Origin: Cyanobacteria bacterium P01_A01_bin.123
Lineage (GTDB): Bacteria; Cyanobacteriota; Cyanobacteriia; Phormidesmidales; Phormidesmidaceae
Assembly (NCBI GenBank): GCA_039815185.1
Contig: JBCBZT010000025.1
Span: forward strand, 1-64,000
Direction of reading: 5' to 3'
DNA: 64,000 nucleotides
Both the position numbers and the translations under genes were made by a program. Position 1 is the first letter of the stretch; the number at the start of each line of letters is the position of its first letter. Below, piece after piece: positions 20,722-30,511 of the stretch. The notes under the pieces were generated by a model that was not told the DNA's origin, searched no databases, and worked only from the letters and a program-made list of their open reading frames with translations.

Positions 20722-22569
20722 ATGGCAAATTTTCCTCCTGCAATCTATAGTTGGCCCTTTAATAGCATTGCTTGGCTATGCCAGTTGCTAGGCATTGATC
20801 AAAGCATCGCTAAGAAAATTAAGTCTGGCTATGCCTTAGCTTTGGGAACAGCCGTCTTTGGTACGGGTTGTGGACTACTTGGTAGCTATTACTATGCTAA
20901 GCCTGCTCAGATTCAGACGCAGCAAATGCGCCAGCAAAAGCAGCTCTTGAGCGACTTTAACGGTCGCCTTTTAAGTATTCAAACCCATCCCCTGCGGCTG
21001 CTTGCGATCGCAGGGGATAGTCGTATTTGGATGGAATATGAAACCAATCAGTTTGGCACGGATCTTCGACAGCTCAATCGTTTACTTGATGAAATTGAAC
21101 AATTAGCAACCGTATCATCTCAGCCTGACGAAACACTGATAGCGCTAGTCAATCAGTATCGCGATACGCTGCAATCTTATGAAGTGTTTGCCCACAGCCT
21201 CTGGGAGAATTTGGATGCCGTTGATGAAAAGCAGATCGCCACAGAGAGACTATCGACAGCCCTGAGCAGTGCGAGTGCCAGTGAACTCTCAACTACGTTT
21301 GAGAACCTCTCTGAAGACCTAACGCGATTACAACAAACGGTTGACAAAAACTATGATCAAGCCAGGGCACAGTTAGCCCGGGTTGAATACTTGAGACTGA
21401 TCATTATCCTGAGTAGCATGGCGGCTTCTATCGGCTTAGCCATTGTCCTTGCAGCAATTACGGGGCGGGCAATCGCAAGCCCAATTGAACAACTGACTCA
21501 GGTAGCCCACCGAGTCACTCAAGATAACAACTTTCAGTTACAGGCACCTATCCAGACCCGTGATGAAGTTTCCTTATTAACCAAAGCCCTGAATCAACTG
21601 GTGAGTTGGATTGGCCAATACACTAACGAGTTAGAACATGCCCGACACACCTTAGAAGCACGGGTTGAAGCAAGAACCCAGGCTCTGCGGCAATCAGAAT
21701 CATCCCTACGTCAAAAGGCCAAGGATTTACAGCAGACTTTAGATGAGCTGCAACAGACTCAGCTACAACTGATTCAAAGCGAGAAAATGTCTAGCTTAGG
21801 GCAAATGGTGGCTGGCATTGCCCACGAAATTAATAACCCTGTTAACTTCATACATGGCAATCTTGACCATGCTGTCAAATATACCGAAGAAGTAATGCAG
21901 TTGCTTGATCTGTACCAACACAGCTATCCGATCGCTCATCCCAAGATTCAAGCGGCTATTGAGGAGATAGATCTTTCCTTCGTACAGCAGGATTTTCCAA
22001 AACTCATGCAGTCTATGAAGGATGGCACTACGCGTATTCGTGATATTGTTCAATCCTTACGAACGTTTTCACGCCTGGACGAGGCAGCGATTAAACAAGT
22101 CAATCTCCGTGATGGTATTGAGAGTACCGTGACGATTCTAAATAATCGCCTCAAGGCCAAGCCAGATTTCCCAGAGATTCGAGTGGTTCGCGATTATGGC
22201 CAGCTTCCCCTAATTGAATGTTACGCTGGCCAGTTGAATCAGGTGTTTATGAACATCCTTAGCAACGCGATTGATGCATTTGAAATAGTACCAACACTAG
22301 CAGCTCCTACTATCACAATAACGACCCAAAATTTAGACCCAGATTGGGTCGCCATTCACATTAGTGATAATGGGCCTGGTATTCCTGAAAATGTTTGCAG
22401 TCGCCTATTCGAGCCCTTCTTTACGACAAAAGCCGTAGGCAAAGGAACTGGATTAGGACTCTCGATCAGCTACCAAATTGTGACTGAAGGACACAAGGGC
22501 TATTTAGGCTGTGAATCAATACCGGGGCAGGGAACCGAATTCATCATCAAGCTCCCCATCAAACTGTGA
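20722..22569 (+). CDS. membrane HAMP sensor histidine kinase (NtrB-like H-box)
   Basis: SEKMSSLGQMVAGIAHEINNP, NQVFMNILSNAIDA, FFTTKAVGKGTGLGL. Confidence 0.92.
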   Translation: MANFPPAIYSWPFNSIAWLCQLLGIDQSIAKKIKSGYALALGTAVFGTGCGLLGSYYYAKPAQIQTQQMRQQKQLLSDFNGRLLSIQTHPLRLLAIAGDSRIWMEYETNQFGTDLRQLNRLLDEIEQLATVSSQPDETLIALVNQYRDTLQSYEVFAHSLWENLDAVDEKQIATERLSTALSSASASELSTTFENLSEDLTRLQQTVDKNYDQARAQLARVEYLRLIIILSSMAASIGLAIVLAAITGRAIASPIEQLTQVAHRVTQDNNFQLQAPIQTRDEVSLLTKALNQLVSWIGQYTNELEHARHTLEARVEARTQALRQSESSLRQKAKDLQQTLDELQQTQLQLIQSEKMSSLGQMVAGIAHEINNPVNFIHGNLDHAVKYTEEVMQLLDLYQHSYPIAHPKIQAAIEEIDLSFVQQDFPKLMQSMKDGTTRIRDIVQSLRTFSRLDEAAIKQVNLRDGIESTVTILNNRLKAKPDFPEIRVVRDYGQLPLIECYAGQLNQVFMNILSNAIDAFEIVPTLAAPTITITTQNLDPDWVAIHISDNGPGIPENVCSRLFEPFFTTKAVGKGTGLGLSISYQIVTEGHKGYLGCESIPGQGTEFIIKLPIKL

Positions 22570-22581
22570 CTTACGCCAAGG

Positions 22582-24819
22582 CTAAAAGGGCAAACCTGGA
22601 ATCGGTATCGGAATTGGGATTGCGTCCTCAACGCGATCGCGCACCTCATCCTCAACCCGATCGCTTACCTCATCCACCACCACTTGACCAACCGCATTCA
22701 GTGCCGCTTGTAGAAAACCAGGTTGCCCAGTAGCCGCAATATCAAACACACAGCCTTCCATTAGGGCTTCTGCAACCCCCGCATCTTGGCAAAGCTGTAC
22801 CGCATTGCGAATGGTGTCTGGGGCAACGCCCACTAGGGACGGGAATTGGCTGGGAAAAGCCTGATTAGTAAAGGTTTCCGTAGATTGACCCGGCGCATAA
22901 TCAAATAGCGATTCGGCCTGGGCAATGCGCCAACTGTCGCCAAACTGTCGGTAGAGTTGCTCAAAGAAGGCATTTTGAACCTGATTCAGCGGAATCGGCA
23001 CATCAATTACCCGATTGATTAACTGGGTGACGGGTGCATAGGCATCTTGGGAGGGCACGACTTGACCGTTGCGGCCGCGTAAATCATCTTGCCCATTGCC
23101 GTTGAAATCGCCCAGTAAGCCAATCAGCGGCCCCGTCTGCGATCGCGACACAGTGGGCGCAATGTTCCAAAAATCGGCCCCACCCGCTTGAATCCCATTG
23201 ATTGCCACCTGTTCGCCAGTGGGTAGGATTACGGCATAATAGCGATCGCCATAGTGCTGCACTGTACCGCCCCCCGATAAGGTCAACGTGTCGTTTCGCA
23301 GCTCAGTCGGCACACCATCGATCCAGAGGGGTGTTATGCCATCGGGGGCATTCTGCGCATACATCGCCACCCGATGATCGCCCACTTTCATCGCCACGGC
23401 AGTGTTCAGGGATAGCGGGCGATCCGGCACTTGAGACTGGCGGGCCTGCACTTCAAAGTGACCATCGGTGGATTTGCTCAGCACAAACTCACCCACGGTT
23501 TGGAAGCTATAGCGATAGCCATCATAGGTGAGGATGTGCGGGTCACCGTGGCTGCTGCCAGTGGCCGAACCGCTTGGGGCATCTGTGCCAGGATCTGCGG
23601 GTTCTTCTTCCTCTTCACAGGGAGAATCTTCAAATCTGGGCCACAGCGTTCCTGCGTCAGGGTAGGCCGTCAGCGCGATGACCGCATGATTAGTCGAGAC
23701 AGATTCGACCCCAGGGGGAGAACTGCCATCGTCACAACGGCAGGTATCGCCCACGCAATATTGACGATTAAAGCTACCGCTGATGCGCGTGGTGTCCCGT
23801 CCCCAGCGAATCCCGCCGTGGCCGTTAGTGACCTCAATAGAAACAATCTCGCCTTCCGGAATATCCAGTTCGTAGAGCCACTGCGCAATGGCGGGCATAC
23901 GTTTGCCCGTGCCAATGGTTAGGGCTTCAGCATCGCGGCGATCGCTCGTAATCCCTGGCCCTGTGGTGTTCCAGTCAGACAAGCTACTGTTGCGCTCTAG
24001 ACCCATGGCCCAAGTTTGCAAAAACTCATTGCGATTGGTGATAGACAGCAGCTTTTCAAACCAGTCGCGATCGCGGGTTGCCCCATTCGGATATGGCCCT
24101 GTGGCAAAGAATCGATCCAACAATCGCCAGTTATCCCCTGACGACACCTCGTCCAGGTGAGCAAATACCCCCATCGCATCATAAATTCGATCGGATAGCC
24201 GCCGCGATCGTGACAGATAGGCATGCCATACGGACTCATCCGAAAAAATCCGTCCCGGACTAGAACTCTCTGCTGACCCCCCGACATAGGCTTCACCAGC
24301 CCATTCAGCACTGCCTTCTCCTACCCAAAAAGCCATCTCCAGATGGTTGGCTAGGCCCATGCGTTCTTTTTGGTAGCAGTGATAAATTTCATGGGCTAAC
24401 ATGCTGCGTTGCGATGGGGCATCTAACCCTGTCCAACCATCCCCTAGCGTGACTAAACAGGCATCCCATTGATTAGAAATCCTGGGACCTCCCCCCCTAC
24501 CTATCGGATCTACCAAGGCAATCCATCGTGACGAATCTACCGGATCTCGCACTACCGATTCGGTATGGGCTCGATGATCTGCTGAGCGTAGAAAAACGGC
24601 CTGATAGGCGTCATCCTGGGTGGCGATGACCGGCTTGGTAAAGCGATATCCCGTACGACTTTCAATCCCCGCTTTAATTTCGCTAGCTAAGCGATCGAGT
24701 TCAGCATCGGCTGGGGCCGGGTGGGTAAACATCCCCAAGCTAAAGGTGAAGGTTAGCAGGGCCAAAACAAACCCACGAAACCAGCGAGATCGGAGAGATT
24801 TTAAGGGATGGAGTTTCAT
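22582..24819 (-). CDS. secreted zinc metallopeptidase-like protein with C-terminal VWD domain
   Basis: Signal peptide; AHEIYHCYQ...EGSAEW; GDPHILTYDGYRYSFQTVGEFVL...GLLGDFNGNGQDD...FGDSWRI. Confidence 0.8.
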   Translation of the reverse strand: MKLHPLKSLRSRWFRGFVLALLTFTFSLGMFTHPAPADAELDRLASEIKAGIESRTGYRFTKPVIATQDDAYQAVFLRSADHRAHTESVVRDPVDSSRWIALVDPIGRGGGPRISNQWDACLVTLGDGWTGLDAPSQRSMLAHEIYHCYQKERMGLANHLEMAFWVGEGSAEWAGEAYVGGSAESSSPGRIFSDESVWHAYLSRSRRLSDRIYDAMGVFAHLDEVSSGDNWRLLDRFFATGPYPNGATRDRDWFEKLLSITNRNEFLQTWAMGLERNSSLSDWNTTGPGITSDRRDAEALTIGTGKRMPAIAQWLYELDIPEGEIVSIEVTNGHGGIRWGRDTTRISGSFNRQYCVGDTCRCDDGSSPPGVESVSTNHAVIALTAYPDAGTLWPRFEDSPCEEEEEPADPGTDAPSGSATGSSHGDPHILTYDGYRYSFQTVGEFVLSKSTDGHFEVQARQSQVPDRPLSLNTAVAMKVGDHRVAMYAQNAPDGITPLWIDGVPTELRNDTLTLSGGGTVQHYGDRYYAVILPTGEQVAINGIQAGGADFWNIAPTVSRSQTGPLIGLLGDFNGNGQDDLRGRNGQVVPSQDAYAPVTQLINRVIDVPIPLNQVQNAFFEQLYRQFGDSWRIAQAESLFDYAPGQSTETFTNQAFPSQFPSLVGVAPDTIRNAVQLCQDAGVAEALMEGCVFDIAATGQPGFLQAALNAVGQVVVDEVSDRVEDEVRDRVEDAIPIPIPIPGLPF

Positions 24820-25153
24820 CAGCGATCGGTCCTATTCACACAGCATGGGGCAGAGAAAGCCTGTGACGACCTTCCTCAGCAGCACACGATGCGGATCCGG
24901 ATGGCAGTGATAAAATGATACCTTTACCCCGATTGCTCAAGCCTCTAACAGAGTTGAGCCGCTTTGCTAGTCGGCAGCGGAACTCTCAACCGTCAGGTAT
25001 TGTGTCAATTGGCATAGATCCAGGACGCGATCGCGCTCTGAATCTATGGACTGACCCTTGTCTCAAAAGTTGCCATGGAGTTTAGGTAAGCAAACGCCAT
25101 GAATATTTTGTAGACGGGGGTATTTTCGCAAAAGGGAACGTTTTTGCAGAAAG

Positions 25154-25318
25154 TTACTTCAATCGAGGGTAGGTGCCGCTTGAAGCAAGCGTGACAGGTG
25201 CTTTACCCGTGATTGCCCAGCATAGAATCGGGCAAAATACGGCGCAGTAAACAGTCAGCACTGCGATCAGTTCGGTAGCGGTTACAAAATCGGTAGCGGT
25301 TACAAAATCAGATGTCAT
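25154..25318 (-). CDS. 54-aa single-pass membrane microprotein (below ORF-track cutoff)
   Basis: MTSDFVTATDFVTATELIAVLTVYCAVFCPILCWAITGKAPVTLASSGTYPRLK*; AGGAGG 8 nt before ATG; in-frame 18-bp duplication; directly downstream of a riboswitch. Confidence 0.75.
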   Translation of the reverse strand: MTSDFVTATDFVTATELIAVLTVYCAVFCPILCWAITGKAPVTLASSGTYPRLK

Positions 25319-25356
25319 GGCGATCGCCTCCTAAACAATATGCATCGGAACAAGAG

Positions 25357-25420
25357 GCGCGTTCCTTCGGGCTTGACTAGGCCTTACTTCCGTCCTTTGA
25401 TCTGGAAAGGATGAACGTTG
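25357..25420 (-). ncRNA. class I glutamine riboswitch (glnA RNA motif)
   Basis: Minus strand AACGUUCA-UCCUUU-ccagauc-AAAGGA-CGGAAGUA-AGGC-cuagucaa-GCCC-GAAGGAACGCGC has P1 CGUUC/GAACG, P2, P3 and the conserved CGGAAGUA/GAAG junction. Confidence 0.88.
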
Positions 25421-25425
25421 TATTT

Positions 25426-25460
25426 GTATTCAATGTTACTCTTTTTTCTCGGACTGTCAA
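25426..25460 (-). promoter_or_regulatory. promoter TTGACA-N16-TAACAT overlapped by NtcA box (repression geometry)
   Basis: GTA-N8-TAC (GTAACATTGAATAC, 25426-25439) covers the -10; TTGACA at 25455-25460 on the minus strand. Confidence 0.75.
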
Positions 25461-25814
25461 GGGGGGATCTGAGAGATCTGCTCTTTGTGACAGAATAAGA
25501 CGCTGAGTCGCGATCCCTACATATTCTCGATCAAAGCAGACATACCTATAACGCTGTGATCTCATAGCAGTGCGTGCTAGCGCAGAAGGATACTCAGCGC
25601 TATTTAAAGAATTGATGAATTAACCCAGAAACACGTACGTAATATCCCTAGATTTTTGTGAAGATCTAGCAATGTAGATCAGAACCAGAGATGTAGACAA
25701 AATCCAAAAGATTTGTTGGTAAAAGATTCTCGCAAAAATAATGATTTTTGCGATCTGGCTTTAATCAACGGCTAATTTCACACCATCTATTGCATTCCAA
25801 AGGGATATCAAGAA

Positions 25815-27647
25815 ATGAGAAAAAGAGCCAACGGTCTTCAGCTTTTAGAATCTCAAAAAATAACTCGTGTTACAACCAATCATATCGTTATTTTAGATCT
25901 AGTTATCATTGGCTTAATTATTCTCCTTGCCCTCATAATAAACTCTAGAATGCTGCGCTATGGCGTCCATGGCTTAGGGGATATTCGATGGCATATGACT
26001 TGGATACAACATTTCCATGCTCAGTTAGCTGAGGGCATTTTATATCCTAGGTGGTTAGCGGGAACTAATTATGGTTACGGTAGTCCAACCTTCGTTTTTT
26101 ATCCACCTTTCGCCTACTACATAGGCTCTTTCTTTAAAGCTATCGGCCTTAATATCGAGCAAGCAATAACGGCTGCAATAACACTTGCCATCTCCACTTC
26201 AGGACTGGCTTTTTATATGTATGGCAGATCTATTTGGGGTAAAATTCCTGCTCTTTTCGGTGCCATTGCATATATGGCTTCTCCATTGGTATTTATCCTA
26301 ATTCATGGCGGTGTATTAGCGTTTACGTTTGGATTGACTTGGATACCCTTAGGACTTTATCTGACAGATAAAGCCTCTCGGGAGTCAACAGGCAAAGTGC
26401 CATTTTTTCTACTAGTGGTTTGCTGGGGCTTATTTTCATTAGTACACTTACCCAGTTTACTACTCTATACGGTTGCCTGGACAGGCTATGTGCTTTTTCA
26501 AGTTAAACCTATAAAATCAACTTTTAAGATCCTCTTGACAGCACCATTGGGATGGTCATTAGCTGCTTTCTATCTGATACCGAATATATTTGAGCAAAAA
26601 TTTGTTTCGATTGATTACATGCTGGTTGCTCGGGGTGGATTTAAGAATGAGATGTTGAACATCGTAGAGCATATCGGCATGGGGTTTTCGAGTGCCTATG
26701 TGCTGCAATTCGTGACGATGATGATACTGGCAGGAATTGCACTTTTGTTTACCCAAAAAAGCACTGCTAACAGTAAAAAGCCTGGTACAGCCTATCGAAA
26801 AGACATCTATCAATGGTTAGGAATCTGGATAGTTCTAATTCTGATTATGAGTACTTGGACATGGCCTATCTGGAAACTCAGTGGAACTTTGCAGAAGATA
26901 GAAAACACTGGCCGTTTAGCAGGATTAATGTTCTTCATAGAGGCTTCCTTTTTTGCTTTAACATTCAATCGAATTCTGAGTCTTCGATCTCTTAAAAGGA
27001 GTTCAATCGTATTAAAATTTGTGTGCGTGGCTTTAGTCTTCAGCTTTATATCTTTTGATTTTTTCAAGGGATATAAAATGTTGCAAGGATATCCAACACT
27101 TCATACGCCTGGGAATGGCGTTGTGACGAATGAGCCTTGGGTTAGATCAATTGTTGAAAATCCTTACTCAGATAATCTGATCGATGTCCCAGAATATAGG
27201 CCTTTTAGAGATCAGTATGCAGATAACTTACCCGAAAAAGAGTTGCATTCTGCTCAAGGAATACCTGAAACTTATATACCTAATGAAAAAACCTTCTTGC
27301 CGACACCGATACCTAATAGCCCTTATGTTTCTCTTATAGAAGGAGATGCAGAGATCACGACAACCTCATGGAATAGTTATAGACGCTCCTTTGAAGTTAC
27401 GGCAACAGAGAAATCTTCAATTAGTATCCGTACATATTATTACCCTGCTTGGCATCTGACAGTAGATCAGCAGAGTCATGATCTTATGCAAGCAGACGAC
27501 GGGACATTAGCTTTTGTCGTTGAACCAGGGCAGCATCAGGTTGAGCTATCCTACAGAAAAACACCTGCATACATTGTTGGACTAATTGTTAGCAGTTTAT
27601 CTATGATTTCCTTGTTTGGCTTAGCCTTAAAACTGAAGAGGAAATAG
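25815..27647 (+). CDS. GT-C type membrane protein (6-pyruvoyl-tetrahydropterin synthase-related/YfhO-like)
   Basis: GILYPRW...YGYGSPTFVFYPP, many TMs, C-terminal YYYPAW...G.HQVELSY. Confidence 0.8.
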   Translation: MRKRANGLQLLESQKITRVTTNHIVILDLVIIGLIILLALIINSRMLRYGVHGLGDIRWHMTWIQHFHAQLAEGILYPRWLAGTNYGYGSPTFVFYPPFAYYIGSFFKAIGLNIEQAITAAITLAISTSGLAFYMYGRSIWGKIPALFGAIAYMASPLVFILIHGGVLAFTFGLTWIPLGLYLTDKASRESTGKVPFFLLVVCWGLFSLVHLPSLLLYTVAWTGYVLFQVKPIKSTFKILLTAPLGWSLAAFYLIPNIFEQKFVSIDYMLVARGGFKNEMLNIVEHIGMGFSSAYVLQFVTMMILAGIALLFTQKSTANSKKPGTAYRKDIYQWLGIWIVLILIMSTWTWPIWKLSGTLQKIENTGRLAGLMFFIEASFFALTFNRILSLRSLKRSSIVLKFVCVALVFSFISFDFFKGYKMLQGYPTLHTPGNGVVTNEPWVRSIVENPYSDNLIDVPEYRPFRDQYADNLPEKELHSAQGIPETYIPNEKTFLPTPIPNSPYVSLIEGDAEITTTSWNSYRRSFEVTATEKSSISIRTYYYPAWHLTVDQQSHDLMQADDGTLAFVVEPGQHQVELSYRKTPAYIVGLIVSSLSMISLFGLALKLKRK

Positions 27648-27689
27648 TTGAACTCACTCTTGTTGCATCGCTATACACTAGTCCCAGCT

Positions 27690-29267
27690 TCATGATGAGA
27701 TCTGATAAATATAAAATAGAGGTAAATCCTTATAAAGAGAGTATGGCTTGCCAAAATCTTCAAATTTCTCTCTAAAAGACTCTCTAGGTCGCATTGTAAA
27801 ATTGCCCACCGATTCATATTTCGCATATATGAAATATCGATTCGTTTCACAATCTGTTTGAATATTTAATCCTCTCTGGCTGACGAAATTATCCGTATAT
27901 TCATATGTTCTAACATCATCGTATCGACCAGATGGTGAGCAGATTGTCGACTTTTCAGGAATCTCTAGCAGTGCAGCTGCAACATCTTTTGTATTAGGAA
28001 TTCGAGGATTTCCAGCTCGACCTGTAACGTAGTTATAATGAAATCCAAGATTAACAAATATCGATATAGAGATAAAAAAGCCAAGTGAAACGGATAATGC
28101 TTTGCCAGTCTTTTTCGAAAAATCTAAATAAGCAAGGGAAAACGCAGTCAAAAAGATAGGCGCTAAATAAATGAGTAATTTATAAAAAACGGGATTATAA
28201 GTATTGTCTAAATTGACGGATGAGTAGGCAAAGAGGAAGACTAACCAAGTTGCTATTAAAATAATCAAAATGCTTCGGTCACCTTTAAATTTTGCTAAAC
28301 CTAAAATTACTACGATCGAGAGGAAGACAAAAGATAGGCTTACCCTTTCCCAGGAATTGCCCATAATATAGACTTCTGATCCAAGATGAAAGTAACCGCT
28401 GGCGATCGCCTGTAGTCGCTGTAAAAGCGTCACTGAGTATGAATCACCATCACTAGATTTCGTAATCAGCAGGAAGATGCGATTAGAATTTGTCCAACCT
28501 CGTTCTATTTCCCCAATCCAGTAAGGCAGCATCATTAAAATAGCTGTTATCAGAGAAATCCCTGAAAGTAGTAGAATCTTAATACGCTTCGGATATTTTA
28601 GAATGTAGAAAAATAGCCCGATCAAGAAAACTACTGGCATGACGAAGAAGGGCGTGAAATGCAAATTCATCAGCATCACTAGACTTAGCCCATAGGCAAT
28701 CCAAGAGAGTATTTCAATTTTCTTTGTCGAGGGATTGCGTAAGGCTTTAAATTGATATGAATAGAGCAGGGTAAACCACAGAAGGAAAAATGGAATGGAC
28801 ACTGGATTACCTGCTAAGCTATCCCCAGTGCTCATAACAATATTTCTAAATAAGCAAGCATACCAGAGCATAGACAATGAAGCTATGAACAGGCGTTTTT
28901 CCTGATTAATGCCACTAATTGCTTGATAAATAACAATCCCCAATAATGGGATCGACAGAAAAGTAAATATAAAATTCTGAATCGCTTGCGCTGATAAATC
29001 AGGCGTGATGACCGTGAAGGGAAATGTAAGGTAATAGTATAAAGGTGGTAGAGAAACATCACCTGTCAATCCTGACCAAGCAATTGGGCCTGGGCCAAGT
29101 GACGGGGCAATGCCCTGCCAAATTCCCATCACTCGTTCAGCATCGTTGATCTGATCACCACTAAAGTTTGTAAATCTAAGCACAACAAACATTCGAATGG
29201 TGAATCCAAACACTAACGCAAGACCACTGAAGAGAACGCTTACCAAACGCAGCTTCGTTATTTTCAT
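27690..29267 (-). CDS. GT-C fold membrane glycosyltransferase-like protein (ArnT/PMT-like)
   Basis: GDQINDA in the first loop, LGPG...LPPLYYYL, about 11 TMs. Confidence 0.65.
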   Translation of the reverse strand: MKITKLRLVSVLFSGLALVFGFTIRMFVVLRFTNFSGDQINDAERVMGIWQGIAPSLGPGPIAWSGLTGDVSLPPLYYYLTFPFTVITPDLSAQAIQNFIFTFLSIPLLGIVIYQAISGINQEKRLFIASLSMLWYACLFRNIVMSTGDSLAGNPVSIPFFLLWFTLLYSYQFKALRNPSTKKIEILSWIAYGLSLVMLMNLHFTPFFVMPVVFLIGLFFYILKYPKRIKILLLSGISLITAILMMLPYWIGEIERGWTNSNRIFLLITKSSDGDSYSVTLLQRLQAIASGYFHLGSEVYIMGNSWERVSLSFVFLSIVVILGLAKFKGDRSILIILIATWLVFLFAYSSVNLDNTYNPVFYKLLIYLAPIFLTAFSLAYLDFSKKTGKALSVSLGFFISISIFVNLGFHYNYVTGRAGNPRIPNTKDVAAALLEIPEKSTICSPSGRYDDVRTYEYTDNFVSQRGLNIQTDCETNRYFIYAKYESVGNFTMRPRESFREKFEDFGKPYSLYKDLPLFYIYQISS

Positions 29268-29520
29268 ATCGGTACTACTCGTAGAGTGTCTCTCGTCTCA
29301 AGCGTAAGATTTTCACCCTATATCTCAAGGGTTATGCACTGCACATTTAGAATTACGCTTTACGTATGAAGATAACAATCTAATTTATCAGTCGCCTTAT
29401 CTTGACCTTTCCTTTACTGAAATTTTCTAAACCTACATGTGCTCTTCATGAAGTTCACAGTACTATTACTGATTGACCAAACGAGATCTGAAGAGCAGCT
29501 CCCGCTTTTAATCTCGTTTG

Positions 29521-30480
29521 CTAGGGCTTATGGTGAGCATGCCAATGTCGGGCAATATCAACCCGGCGACAAATCCATACCTGCTCGTGGGACTGCACAT
29601 AATCTAAAAATCTGGCTAGGGCAGCAGTACGTCCTGGTCTGCCCACCAAGCGACAGTGCAGCCCTACACTCAACATCTTAGGCGCGTCTTGGCCCTCGGC
29701 ATAGAGCGTGTCAAAGGCATCCCGCAAGTAGGCAAAAAACTGATCGCCTGAGTTGAACCCTGCATAGGTGGCAAAGCGCATGTCGTTGGTGTCGAGCGTA
29801 TAGGGAATGACCAGGTGAGGCTTGCCATAGTCATGAACCCAGTAGGGCAAATCATCGGCGTAGCTGTCAGCATCGTAGAGAAAACCGCCTTCTTCAACCA
29901 CCAAAAACCGCGTATGGGGGCTAATACGCCCTTGATAAAACCCCAGGGGACGAGTGCCCGCAACTTTCGTGTGAATTTCAACCGCTTTGTGAATGTGTTC
30001 GCGTTCGGTCTCTGCACCCGTGTATTGATAGTCGATCCAACGATAGCCGTGGCTGGCAATTTCCCAGTCGGCTTCGGTCATGGCCGCGATCGCGTCTGGA
30101 TTACGTTCCATGGCCATCGCTACCGCATAAACTGTGACGGGTAACTGCCGCTGGGTAAACAATCGATGCAGCCGCCAAAAGCCAGCTCGGCTGCCATACT
30201 CATACATCGACTCCATGTTGAGATTGCGTACGCCCAACAACGGCGAAGTTCCCACACTTTCAGACAAAAACGCTTCTGAGGCGGCATCCCCATGGAGAAC
30301 GCAGTTTTCGCCCCCTTCTTCGTAGTTGATTACAAACTGCAGAGCAAGGCGGGCGTTATTGGGCCATTTGGGATCGGGTGGGATGCGGCCATAGCCCACC
30401 ATGTCTCGGGGGTAGGGATATTCGGAGTTCATTGGCAGGGATTGTGTACTTGGAGCGTTTGAGTTACGTAGCCCATCCAT
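29521..30480 (-). CDS. puuE: allantoinase PuuE (polysaccharide deacetylase family)
   Basis: YPRDMVGYG, QFVINYEEGGE, ESMYEYGSRAGFWR, GLHCRLVGRPGR; start may be 30432. Confidence 0.92.
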   Translation of the reverse strand: MDGLRNSNAPSTQSLPMNSEYPYPRDMVGYGRIPPDPKWPNNARLALQFVINYEEGGENCVLHGDAASEAFLSESVGTSPLLGVRNLNMESMYEYGSRAGFWRLHRLFTQRQLPVTVYAVAMAMERNPDAIAAMTEADWEIASHGYRWIDYQYTGAETEREHIHKAVEIHTKVAGTRPLGFYQGRISPHTRFLVVEEGGFLYDADSYADDLPYWVHDYGKPHLVIPYTLDTNDMRFATYAGFNSGDQFFAYLRDAFDTLYAEGQDAPKMLSVGLHCRLVGRPGRTAALARFLDYVQSHEQVWICRRVDIARHWHAHHKP

Positions 30481-30511
30481 AGGAAACTCTCGGATTTAAC
30501 TGTGGGGAGGC

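Noticed and set aside
25272..25309. 18-bp repeat as a CRISPR remnant or NtcA site
   Set aside because: Only two adjacent copies with no spacer; GTA-N5-TAC has the wrong spacing; explained as an in-frame coding duplication
25377..25565. 62-aa minus-strand ORF in the ORF track
   Set aside because: Runs through the promoter, NtcA box and riboswitch, has no RBS and no protein-like features
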